From Dehalococcoidia bacterium (GTDB taxonomy: Bacteria > Chloroflexota > Dehalococcoidia > Bin125), in contig OY820591.1 in assembly GCA_963555985.3 (NCBI GenBank), forward strand, positions 2,125,053 through 2,189,052: DNA of 64,000 bases, given 5' to 3'. Made by a program: the position numbers and the translations under genes. Numbering within the stretch: the stretch's first letter is position 1; the number at the start of each line of letters is the position of its first letter. Positions 17,504 to 25,997 of this stretch are shown here, in pieces. Under the pieces are notes generated by a model, which did no database searches, was not told the DNA's origin, and saw only the letters and a program-made list of their open reading frames with translations.

Positions 17504-18273
17504 TCCTCAAACGTCATCCGCGTTCGCGGACGCACCGCTCCGTACTTCCGCAAATCCGCAATCGTCACGATCCGGCCCGTCCAGTCCGGACCCTGGCCAA
17601 CCATGTACAGGCACGCATCCGACATGATGATCGGATCCTCGAAATCCATCTGCTTGGCCTGCTCGCCCAGCGTGAAAGCGTAGCCCTCGCTCCAGACCGA
17701 CAGCTCCAGCCGCAGACAGTTGACCGAGACCCCGGTGCCGCGCAGGTCGCTGGCCAGTGATTCGGTCATCGCCTCCAGCGCCCGCTTGGTCGTGGTGTAG
17801 CTCGCCCGCCCGAAGTCTGGGCTGACTGCCGCCCCCGAACCGATGTTGATGATCGCGCCGCCGTCCGCTTCCGCCATCTTCGGCGCGATCGCATGAGTCA
17901 AGTAGAACGGCGCGTTGACATTGATCTCCACCGCCAGCCCCCAACGGTGGCGCGGCGACTCCAGCGCCTTGCCTGGAGGGGCGATCGCGGCGTTGTTGAT
18001 CAACACGTCGATCTGCCCGAAGCGCTCGTAGGTCTGCTCGACAGCGCGATCGAGGTCTTCCACATTGGCTAGGTTCGCGCCGATCGGCAGACACTCGCGG
18101 CCCGCGTCGGCGACCAGCTGCGCCGTCTCGTCCACGGTCCCCGGCAGCTTGGTGGGCGAGTCGGAGGTGGAGCGCGCAATGGCGGCAATGTCGTAGCCGG
18201 CCAGCGCAAAATCCTGCGCGAGTTGCTTGCCGATCCCCCGGCTGGCTCCGGTGATGAACGCGACTTTGGCCAT
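17500..18273 (-). CDS. SDR family oxidoreductase
   Basis: ITGASRGIGKQ and YTTTKRAL (YxxxK) motifs. Confidence 0.85.
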   Translation of the reverse strand: MAKVAFITGASRGIGKQLAQDFALAGYDIAAIARSTSDSPTKLPGTVDETAQLVADAGRECLPIGANLANVEDLDRAVEQTYERFGQIDVLINNAAIAPPGKALESPRHRWGLAVEINVNAPFYLTHAIAPKMAEADGGAIINIGSGAAVSPDFGRASYTTTKRALEAMTESLASDLRGTGVSVNCLRLELSVWSEGYAFTLGEQAKQMDFEDPIIMSDACLYMVGQGPDWTGRIVTIADLRKYGAVRPRTRMTFED

Positions 18274-18358
18274 GTCTTTGCTCCTCTGATCGGGCGGGCG
18301 AGTCCTGCAACGAGTGTCAGGATACTCCCCGTTTAGACTTGCGCGGAGGAGGACGACG

Positions 18359-19633
18359 ATGCCCCATCACGTCAAGAGCAAGGCCCTCTCGCATCTGCGC
18401 ATCTGCGATTTCACCGGACAACTGGCCGGCGCGGGAGCCACCAAATTCATGGCCGCCTTCGGAGCCGAAATCATCCGGATCGAAGACCCCTCGAACCACG
18501 GCCGCTGGGACATCCTGCGCGGGATGCCGCCCTATGTGGACGACCGCCGCGGCCCTGAGCTGGGCGGGCCGTTCAACAACCACAACGTGGGCAAGCTGGG
18601 CATCACGCTCAACATCAAGACCGAAAAGGGGCGCGAGCTGTTCGAGCGCCTGGTCGCGATCTCGGACTGCGTGACCGAGAACTTCTCCTCCGGCGTGATG
18701 CGCTCCTGGGGCTACGACTACGACGCGCTCAAGCAGATCAAGGAAGACATCATCTACGTCTCCAACTGCGGCTTCGGGCACTCGGGGCCGTACGAGAAGT
18801 TCAAGACCTGGGGGCCAATCGTCCAGGCGACCAGCGGCCTCACCATGTCCTCTGCTATCCCCGATCAGCCGCCCGCCGGTTGGGGCTACTCCTACATGGA
18901 TCACACCGGCGCCTACTTCATGGCGATGGCGATCATGCTAGCGATCCACCATCGCAACCGCACCGGCGAGGGTCAGTACGTCGATGTGGCGGCGACCGAG
19001 GCGGCGCTGACGCTGAACGGACCAGTGCTGCTCGATTACACCGTCAACGGACGCCCGCTGCGGCGTGAGGGCTATCCCGACGCCAACCACTCGCAATTCC
19101 CGGCGATGGCCCCGCACAACATCTACGCCGCCAAGCCGATTCCCGGCTCGTTCGACGAAGCCTGGATCGCCATCGCCTGCCGCAACGACGAGGACTGGCA
19201 CGCGATGCGCGACGTGCTGGTCGCCGACGGCTGCGATTGGGCGTCGAACGACGACTATGGCCAACTCGCCGGTCGCTTGGCCGCGCAGGATGTGCTGGAC
19301 GAACGAATCGGCGAGTGGTGCCTGCGCCGCGATCCGTATCAGTCCACTGAGATGCTGCGCGAGGCCGGGGTGCCGGCCAATCCGGTGCAGACACCTGAGC
19401 AGCGGATCGACCAGGACGTCAACTCAGCCGAGGCGCGGCTCTGGCCGACGATTCGGCAAGCGGAGATGGGCCGCGTGCGCGTGGACGGGATTCCCGCGCA
19501 TTTCTCCAAGACCGACTGGTCGATGACGCGCGGCGCAGCCGTGCTGGGTGAGGACAACGATTACGTCTACGGCGAACTCCTGGGCCTGAGCCAGGACGAG
19601 ATCGCCGGGCTCTACGAGGAGGGCGTGCTCTGA
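18359..19633 (+). CDS. Family III CoA-transferase (CaiB/BaiF/Frc type), catalytic-Asp-containing partner
   Basis: LRICDFTGQLAGAGATKFMAAFGAEIIRIEDP N-terminus. YMDHTGAYF...RTGEGQ keeps Asp at the Frc Asp169-equivalent position. Start ATG 18359 with GGAGGAGG upstream. Confidence 0.85.
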   Translation: MPHHVKSKALSHLRICDFTGQLAGAGATKFMAAFGAEIIRIEDPSNHGRWDILRGMPPYVDDRRGPELGGPFNNHNVGKLGITLNIKTEKGRELFERLVAISDCVTENFSSGVMRSWGYDYDALKQIKEDIIYVSNCGFGHSGPYEKFKTWGPIVQATSGLTMSSAIPDQPPAGWGYSYMDHTGAYFMAMAIMLAIHHRNRTGEGQYVDVAATEAALTLNGPVLLDYTVNGRPLRREGYPDANHSQFPAMAPHNIYAAKPIPGSFDEAWIAIACRNDEDWHAMRDVLVADGCDWASNDDYGQLAGRLAAQDVLDERIGEWCLRRDPYQSTEMLREAGVPANPVQTPEQRIDQDVNSAEARLWPTIRQAEMGRVRVDGIPAHFSKTDWSMTRGAAVLGEDNDYVYGELLGLSQDEIAGLYEEGVL

Positions 19634-20889
19634 TGACGACCAACTCCAATCCGCTGGCGATGATGGCGCTGGACGACCTGCGCGTGCTCGAAATCGGAGA
19701 CGAGCGCGGCGCCTGGTGCGGCAAGCTGCTGGCCGACATGGGCGCGGACGTGATCAAGATCGAGCCGCCCGAGGGCGATCCGTCGCGGCAGTACGAGCCG
19801 TTCGTCGACGACCAACCGCATCACGAGCGCTCGCTCTTCTTCTGGTACTACAACACGTCCAAGCGCAGCGTCGTGCTGGACTTCAACGACCGCTCGAACG
19901 CGGATGCGTTCCTCAAGCTGGTCGAATCCGCCGACATCATCTTCGACACGAATACGTACGATCCTGTCGGTCGCCTGGGGTTGGACTACGACCGGATCAT
20001 GTCGGACAATCCTGGCCTGATCTGGTGCACGATCACCAACTTCGGCTTCGGCTCGGTGCGGGACGACGAACCGCATACGGACCTGACCCTAGCCGCCAAC
20101 GGCGGCTTCGCCTGGATGAACGGCTATGACGACCACTCGCTGCCGCCGGTGCGCGGCGGCGGCCAGCAGGCCTATCACACCGGCTCGAACTACGCCTTCA
20201 TGTCGATCCTGACGGCGCTGCTGCACCGCGACGCGACCGGTGTGGGACAGCACATCAACGTCAATATCAACGCCTCGGTCAACGTGACCACTGAGGCCGG
20301 GTCGTACTCGTGGCTGGTCTCGCACTCGACCGTCCAGCGCCAAACCGGGCGCCACGCCGGCGTCGCCCCATCCATGCCCTCCCAGATACAGTGCGCCGAC
20401 GGTCGCTACGTCAACACCGGCATCCCGCCGCGGCGCCCGCGCGAGTTCGGCCTGGTTTACCAGTGGCTGGAGGAGGAAGGTCTGCTGGACGAACTGCCGG
20501 AAGCGGCGCTGTTGCAGGTCGGGGCCGAACTGGAGAGTTTCTCGCTGGCGGATGTCTTCAGCGGCAACAACGAAGAGCTGCTGGCGATCTTCGGGGCTGG
20601 TCGTGAGGCGTTCGACCTGCTCGCCTCCAGGCTGACGGCGTACGAGTTCTTCACCAAGGCGCAGAATTACGGCTTCCAGGTCGGGGTGATCCACAGTCCC
20701 GAAGAGGCGCTGGAGGATCCGCATTTCGTCGATCGGGGGATGCAGGTCAAGGTGGAGCATCCCGAGATCGGGCGCGAGGTGGTCTATCCGGGCGCGCCCT
20801 ACCAGCTCACGAAGGGGAGTTGGGGGATCACTCGGCGTCCGCCGCTCCTCGGGGAGCATACGGACGAGGTGCTGTCGGAGCTGGGCTAG
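19633..20889 (+). CDS. Family III CoA-transferase paralogue lacking the catalytic Asp (Tyr at that position)
   Basis: LRVLEIGDERGAWCGKLLADMGADVIKIEPPEG N-terminus. The equivalent segment reads QAYHTGSNY...ATGVGQ. TGATG start/stop overlap with the upstream gene. Confidence 0.8.
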   Translation: MTTNSNPLAMMALDDLRVLEIGDERGAWCGKLLADMGADVIKIEPPEGDPSRQYEPFVDDQPHHERSLFFWYYNTSKRSVVLDFNDRSNADAFLKLVESADIIFDTNTYDPVGRLGLDYDRIMSDNPGLIWCTITNFGFGSVRDDEPHTDLTLAANGGFAWMNGYDDHSLPPVRGGGQQAYHTGSNYAFMSILTALLHRDATGVGQHINVNINASVNVTTEAGSYSWLVSHSTVQRQTGRHAGVAPSMPSQIQCADGRYVNTGIPPRRPREFGLVYQWLEEEGLLDELPEAALLQVGAELESFSLADVFSGNNEELLAIFGAGREAFDLLASRLTAYEFFTKAQNYGFQVGVIHSPEEALEDPHFVDRGMQVKVEHPEIGREVVYPGAPYQLTKGSWGITRRPPLLGEHTDEVLSELG

Positions 20890-21368
20890 GGCGACCTCAG
20901 CCGGGCCAGCCTTTGTCGGTCGCGGGCGTAGTCTTCTTCGATGCTTCGCAGCGCAGTCAGGACTTCCATGTCGCAGGCTCGTGCGACGCGGGCGGCGTTG
21001 CGATCGTCGGTGGCGACAACGAATCCGTCGCTCCGCGATTGCGCGAGCATCCAGAGGTCCTCGCGCTCAGCGCCATAGACCAGACCAAGCTGCGCTGAGG
21101 TCCGCTTGAGCAAGGCGAAGTGATCAATCGCCGCGAGCGAGGGGGAATCTAGAAACGTGACCGACCCCAATAGCGCCCGCAGACTGGCCAAGCGTCTGCC
21201 TCGCCATTCCATTGCTCGAATTTCACCCTGTACGAACATGGTGAGCACGAGTCGCCGGCCGTTCAGTAGCTCTTGATAGGCGAAACGGTCCGCATGGCCG
21301 CTTGTCAGCAAGCTGACCACGTTGGTGTCAACCGACACCACCGGTTCGTCGCGGTATGGCAGTACCAC
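20886..21368 (-). CDS. PIN-domain ribonuclease toxin (VapC-like)
   Basis: VSVDTNVV at the N-terminus, with later acidic positions (QGEIRA, DLWMLA, VATDDRN) spaced as in a PIN fold. GTG start 6 nt after the upstream ORF stop. Confidence 0.65.
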   Translation of the reverse strand: MVLPYRDEPVVSVDTNVVSLLTSGHADRFAYQELLNGRRLVLTMFVQGEIRAMEWRGRRLASLRALLGSVTFLDSPSLAAIDHFALLKRTSAQLGLVYGAEREDLWMLAQSRSDGFVVATDDRNAARVARACDMEVLTALRSIEEDYARDRQRLARLRSP

Positions 21369-21374
21369 GCGGCG

Positions 21375-21758
21375 TTATCGATTGTTACGCCAGCGCGGAT
21401 CGATGGCGTCAGCCAACTCTTCGCGCTCTTCCTGGGTCATGCCTGCCGTGATTTCATCCAGCCGAGCGACGAATTCCGCACCCGTCATTGGCTCGCCCCG
21501 GTTGACGATTGAGACCGTGCGGTCAATCACTTCATCCCTCAGCGAGGTCTCACGATAGGAGACGCTCGCGTCCTCTCCATCGAACAGGAGGGCTCGCTCC
21601 AGCGCGTCGCCGGGAAGGCGGAGTTCCACGGGCTGTTCACCGTCAACGGTCACGCGCGCTCGGAGGTTGCCGGGGTTGATAATCACTTCCAGGTGACCCC
21701 GGATCGTTTTGCGGCAGATTGAGATGCCTTGTTCGGTTGTTGGCTCAGCGCTGACCAT
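21375..21758 (-). CDS. Putative antitoxin partner of the PIN toxin (unrecognised fold, start uncertain)
   Basis: Sits immediately upstream of the PIN gene on the same strand. ATG 21758 gives 127 aa and a much shorter product from an internal Met is possible. No motif recognised. Confidence 0.35.
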   Translation of the reverse strand: MVSAEPTTEQGISICRKTIRGHLEVIINPGNLRARVTVDGEQPVELRLPGDALERALLFDGEDASVSYRETSLRDEVIDRTVSIVNRGEPMTGAEFVARLDEITAGMTQEEREELADAIDPRWRNNR

Positions 21759-22581
21759 GCCGCAAGGATACATCGGTGAGCCATCGCTGCGCACGGAGCT
21801 GTGCACGCTCGTTTGCGATTAGGCCATGCCCCTCGCCGCGCAGGACTAAGAACTCTCCATGCGGAATGCGGCTCGCCAAAACCTCACCGAAGGCGACTGG
21901 AACGGTCGTGTCGGCGTCTCCGTGGATGATGAGCACGGGACATCCGATCCGCTGCAATTCGTCTGACAGATCGGTGGCTCGCTGGGCTTGCATGTTGAGC
22001 AAGGCACCGTGCGCGAGTCGAGCGAGTTCGCTATCCGCGAGTCTCTTCAGCGCCCGGTTTCGATTCTCCCGGAACGCTGTGAGCGCTGGAACAGGTTCGG
22101 GCGGTTCGGGTGGCGAGCGCCATTCTTCCTCTGATTCCGCAAGTACAGCCTCGATGCCCTTTGCGTCCAACAGGTCGAGCAGCGTTAGACGCTTGGCGAC
22201 TGTGGCCAGCCGGTCGGCGACGAATGGATCGCCCAGATCGATGCCTTGCGGCGATAACGACATCAACGACGCGCCGGTATTGAGCAGCACCAGCGATTCC
22301 ACCCGTCCAGGATGATCGAGCGCAAGCCTGATCCCGATCGGCCCACTCGCCGACGTGGCAATCACGGCCGTTCGCTCAATGCCCAGATAATCGAGCAGAT
22401 CAACCGCATCCTGAGCCAAGTCCTCAAGCGAGAACGGCTCAGTGTCATACTCCGACAGCCCCGCGCAGCGGCGGTCGTACCAGATCAGCTTGAGGCCGTC
22501 GGTCGGGACCTGCCAACGGATCCTGGGGCCATTCCAGAGCGTGGAGGACGGCCCGCCCCAAGCCCCGTGGATGATCAGCAC
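21745..22581 (-). CDS. Alpha/beta hydrolase
   Basis: LIIHGAWGG oxyanion region, a nucleophile-elbow-like segment (VIATSASGPIG) and IIHGDADTTVP near the C-terminus. The first canonical start, GTG 22581, cuts into the expected first beta-strand (see findings). Confidence 0.7.
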   Translation of the reverse strand: MLIIHGAWGGPSSTLWNGPRIRWQVPTDGLKLIWYDRRCAGLSEYDTEPFSLEDLAQDAVDLLDYLGIERTAVIATSASGPIGIRLALDHPGRVESLVLLNTGASLMSLSPQGIDLGDPFVADRLATVAKRLTLLDLLDAKGIEAVLAESEEEWRSPPEPPEPVPALTAFRENRNRALKRLADSELARLAHGALLNMQAQRATDLSDELQRIGCPVLIIHGDADTTVPVAFGEVLASRIPHGEFLVLRGEGHGLIANERAQLRAQRWLTDVSLRHGQR

Positions 22582-22640
22582 AGACTGACCCGACGGATCG
22601 CCGCCGACTTCGTAGGCAACCCGCCGGCTATTGATCAGCG

Positions 22641-23414
22641 CTAGTCGTATTTCGGCTGATCCTCAATGCCGGGCATCACCCAGGTGACGAGCTCGCCAGG
22701 CGGCTCTGCGAAGGTCAGGCCCGGCATGTCGGGCTGTACGCCGCTGAGCACGAGCTTGTACTCCTCGACGTACTCCGGGTCGCCGTCCACCATGCGGAAC
22801 GGGCGGTCGTGGCCGGGATAAAGCACGTCGGACATGCTCATCACCTTGGCGATCGACTCGTTCGCCTGCGACTCGCTGTAGAACACGAGCGGGCTGCGTC
22901 CGGCCTTGCCGACTGCCGCCGTGTGCATCGCATCGCCAGTCAGTCCGCAGATGCCGGCTTCGGTCTCAACCAACAAGCCAATGCTGCCGGGCGAGTGTCC
23001 GGGCAGGTGGATCACCTTGACGCCCTTGGCCAGTTCGTCGCCGTCGACCACTTCCTGCATCGGATGCGTTTCAATCGCCGCGCCCGTCCACTGCGGCGTG
23101 GCCCAGTCGTTGACGTGCGGCTCGGAGGCGTACTTGCGCTCATGCGGGTGAATCGCCATCGGCACATCCGGGAAGGCGTCGAAGTTCTGCACGTGATCCC
23201 AGTGCGCGTGAGTCATGAAGACGAGGTCGATATCGGAGACGCCCAGCCCGCGCGCGGCGAGTTGCTCCTGGAGTTGGACGCGCCGACCGACGTGCGCCGT
23301 GTCGACGAGGATGCGCCGCCCGTCCGATTCGACCAGGATCACCGCGCAGAACGCCGGTGTGCCGGAGTCGGTACCGAATGAGTAGCCGGGGAGGAGGATG
23401 TCGAGGGTTGCCAT
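22641..23414 (-). CDS. MBL-fold metallo-hydrolase
   Basis: THAHWDH (HxHxDH) motif and a later LPGHSPGS motif. Confidence 0.85.
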   Translation of the reverse strand: MATLDILLPGYSFGTDSGTPAFCAVILVESDGRRILVDTAHVGRRVQLQEQLAARGLGVSDIDLVFMTHAHWDHVQNFDAFPDVPMAIHPHERKYASEPHVNDWATPQWTGAAIETHPMQEVVDGDELAKGVKVIHLPGHSPGSIGLLVETEAGICGLTGDAMHTAAVGKAGRSPLVFYSESQANESIAKVMSMSDVLYPGHDRPFRMVDGDPEYVEEYKLVLSGVQPDMPGLTFAEPPGELVTWVMPGIEDQPKYD

Positions 23415-23459
23415 GTCGGGGTCCTTCCTAGGTGCGTTCGCACTGGTTGGGTGGATCGT

Positions 23460-23710
23460 TGCCGGCGGAATTTTTTTCCGGCGCGGCAGATTGCGAGGAA
23501 ACCTAGTGATTTACGGGAGATCGCGCGATTTGGGTGGAAGGTAGTGGAAGATTTTGGAACGGTGTTGTCAGTTCGGAGCGTCAGCTCCTGTTCGATCTTG
23601 TTCGATTCTGTTCGATGGCGTTCGGCCTGTTCGGCTGTGCGGACGGTTCGGCCTCGTTCGAGTTCGTTCGATTCTGTTCGGCGGCGTTCGGCCTGTTCGA
23701 GGGAGATGAG
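23460..23710 (-). repeat. Decamer-phased word-array element, copy W3 (13 GTTCG pentamers, internal 34-nt direct repeat)
   Basis: GTTCG at 23571, 23590, 23600, 23610, 23620, 23629, 23646, 23656, 23662, 23666, 23676, 23686 and 23695. 23600-23633 is repeated at 23666-23699. cgatttgggtgga at 23526-23538 is the rc of the W1 flank. Confidence 0.65.
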
Positions 23711-23775
23711 GGGCGACGCGAACGGATTGGCGGATGGATTCCCGCCTGCGGAGACGTTTGTGTAAGTCGATCGTT

Positions 23776-23870
23776 CCGTCATTGCCGCGCTCCGCCGCGG
23801 CAATCTCGCGGTGAGGGCGACGACGGTGCAGATAACGGCGAGATACCCGCGGCAAGCGCGGGTATGACGG
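23776..23870 (+). repeat. MITE-like palindromic element, family A, copy 2
   Basis: Same termini and both terminal stem-loops as 10181..10279. The centre has diverged. Confidence 0.8.
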
Positions 23871-24093
23871 AGTCTTGATTGGCTCGAGTTTTGCAAAGGT
23901 CTCCCTGCGCGGGAATGACGGGATTGCCTGTTGACCGGCTCGTTCAGCCGCTTTTTCGGCGAGGGTCGAGTGGACATCGGCTCCTCGGTTTCCGTCTGCG
24001 ACACGGAACTCACGTACTCTCACTAGCGGCGGCGATCAAGGCCGGGAGTTCACCGATACCTCGCAGGGCGACTGAGGGGAGCGCTTACTTCCG

Positions 24094-25347
24094 CTAGTCG
24101 CCCGATCCCGCCGCCGCGGCCGCAGCGATGCGGGCCTTCGCGGCCTCGTCGTAGCTGATGCTGACCGGCGGCTCGGAGTCGAACGGGCCGTCCAGATCGA
24201 GTTCGGCACCGATCTCGCGCAGTGCCGGCATGACCTCGGTACCGAGCAGCTCGATGCAGCGCATCGAGTCCCCGTGCGTGACGCGACCGTCGTTGCCCCA
24301 GAGGGCGAGGATGCCCGGCCGGGTCTCTTCGAGGATCGTGCGCAGTTTGACGATGCACTCGTCCGGCGTGCCCGCGATGATCTGCATGTTGTCGAGCTGT
24401 GTCTCGAAGTCGAGTGCGCGCGGCGGCGGGCGGCGACCGTTCATCACCTCCACCAGCGCCTCGCGGTTGCGCGGCGAGGCGTAGCCGGCCGGGTTCGACC
24501 AGACCGGGTGCGCCAGTCCGGTGAACTCGCCCTGCATCCACATGAACTGGGAGGCGTTCTCCAGCGCCTTCTCAGTCGTGTCCGCGACATGCACGCGGAG
24601 CAGGTAACCGCGATTCTCGGGGCCCGGGTCGTAGCCAACCTCGTGCGCCGCGTCGTCGTAGGTGTTCCAGATGCGCTTGGTCGCCTCGATCGTCGTGTTC
24701 AGCGCGATGTACGGGTAGCGATGCTTCGCCGCCCAGATCACGGTCTCGCGCGAGAGCACGCCCGGAATCCAGATGCGCGGATGCGGCTGTTGCAGCGGCA
24801 GCGCCCACGGGTTCACGACCCGGTGCTGGTAGTGCTTGCCCTCCCAGCGGAACGGGCCAGGCCGCGTCCAGGCCTCCACGATCAGGTCGTGAGCCTCCTC
24901 GAAGCGCTCGCGGTTGTAGGCCGGGTTCACGCCCGTCGCGAGCTGTTCGGTGCCGCCTCCGCGCACGAAACCGGAAACTAACCGACCCTGCGAGATCATG
25001 TCGATCATCGCCAGCTCTTCGGCCAGCCGGATCGGATTGTCGGCCAGCGGCAGCGGATTGCCGAGCAGGACGATCTTCACCCGCTCGGTCGCGCCGGCAA
25101 GCACCGAGGCCCAGATGTTGCACTTGGCCTGCATACAGAAGGGCGCGTTGTGGTGCTCGTTGAGCATGATCCCGTCAACGCCCACCTCCTCCGCCAGCTT
25201 GTACTCGGTCAGGCGGTGGTTGTAGAGCTCCGCGCCCGCCTCCGAGTCGAAGTTGGAGTTGGAGAAGAGCAGCGCGGTCACCCCCTCCTCGGCGGCGTGC
25301 TCGTCGTAGGCCGACATCGGCTGTTCGGTGAAGTACATCAGGTGCAT
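24094..25347 (-). CDS. LLM-class flavin-dependent oxidoreductase (luciferase-like monooxygenase)
   Basis: 417 aa. MLNEHHNAPF..., the LGNPLPLADNPIRLAEELAMIDMISQGRL region and overall architecture are typical of luciferase-like monooxygenases. Confidence 0.8.
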   Translation of the reverse strand: MHLMYFTEQPMSAYDEHAAEEGVTALLFSNSNFDSEAGAELYNHRLTEYKLAEEVGVDGIMLNEHHNAPFCMQAKCNIWASVLAGATERVKIVLLGNPLPLADNPIRLAEELAMIDMISQGRLVSGFVRGGGTEQLATGVNPAYNRERFEEAHDLIVEAWTRPGPFRWEGKHYQHRVVNPWALPLQQPHPRIWIPGVLSRETVIWAAKHRYPYIALNTTIEATKRIWNTYDDAAHEVGYDPGPENRGYLLRVHVADTTEKALENASQFMWMQGEFTGLAHPVWSNPAGYASPRNREALVEVMNGRRPPPRALDFETQLDNMQIIAGTPDECIVKLRTILEETRPGILALWGNDGRVTHGDSMRCIELLGTEVMPALREIGAELDLDGPFDSEPPVSISYDEAAKARIAAAAAAGSGD

Positions 25348-25419
25348 GGGAGGCTCCAGTCACGATCAGATCGAGTCGCGCGCAGTCTAGCGCTCCCGCC
25401 GCGTTGCTAGGCTGAGGCG

Positions 25420-25698
25420 GTGATCACACACTTCGCTGATCGGCGGCTTCGAGATTTCCATATGCGGGGAGACCGTCGCAGGTTGCCGCCGCCGATGATC
25501 GAAACCATTGAGGAGATTCTGGACGACCTGGATTCGGCCTCGTCGCCAGAAGACATGAACCAGCCCGGCTATCGACTGCACCAATTGTCGGGAGACATGG
25601 CGGGATTCTGGTCTGTTCGCGTCACCCGCAACTGGAGAATCGTGTTTCGCTTCGACGGACCAGACGTCCGCGATGTACGCTTAATCGACTACCACTAG
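25420..25698 (+). CDS. higB: Type II toxin HigB (RelE/ParE superfamily, plasmid-maintenance killer type)
   Basis: 92 aa. RLRDFHMRGD...GYRLHQLSGDMAGFWSVRVTRNWRIVFRFDG..V..V.LIDYH is the canonical HigB pattern. GTG start. Confidence 0.85.
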   Translation: MITHFADRRLRDFHMRGDRRRLPPPMIETIEEILDDLDSASSPEDMNQPGYRLHQLSGDMAGFWSVRVTRNWRIVFRFDGPDVRDVRLIDYH

Positions 25699-25712
25699 GG
25701 GGATCAGTCGCT

Positions 25713-25997
25713 GTGACTCGAGCCAATCCAACCCATCCTGGTCGCTCTCTCTTCCATAGCTGCATTGAGGCGCTCAACCTCACGATGTCCGAGGCAGCGG
25801 CGCATCTCAAGGTGGAGGAGGCCGCCCTACAGGCCATCTGCGACGGTCAGGCGCCGATCACCGCCGACATGGCCGTCCGCTTCGAGCAGGCTTTCGGCAG
25901 CACCGCCGAGTTCTGGCTGCGGCGCCAGGCCAGCTACGACCTCGCGCGAGTGAGGAAGACCTGCGACAAGATCGAGCGTCTCGAAGTCGCGGCCTAA
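25713..25997 (+). CDS. higA: Type II antitoxin HigA (XRE-type HTH)
   Basis: HPGRSL...LNLTMSEAAAHLKV....L..I..G...IT.DMAVRFEQAFGSTAEFWLRRQASYDL is the canonical HigA pattern. Follows higB after a 14-nt gap. Confidence 0.85.
   Translation: MTRANPTHPGRSLFHSCIEALNLTMSEAAAHLKVEEAALQAICDGQAPITADMAVRFEQAFGSTAEFWLRRQASYDLARVRKTCDKIERLEVAA

Noticed and set aside
23339-24013. 224-aa minus-strand ORF spanning the large intergenic mosaic
   Set aside because: Its translation is simply REP, MITE and decamer arrays read in one frame (..IPAASAGMT-type peptides, RTESN..EQ runs). It also overlaps the MBL gene start out of frame.
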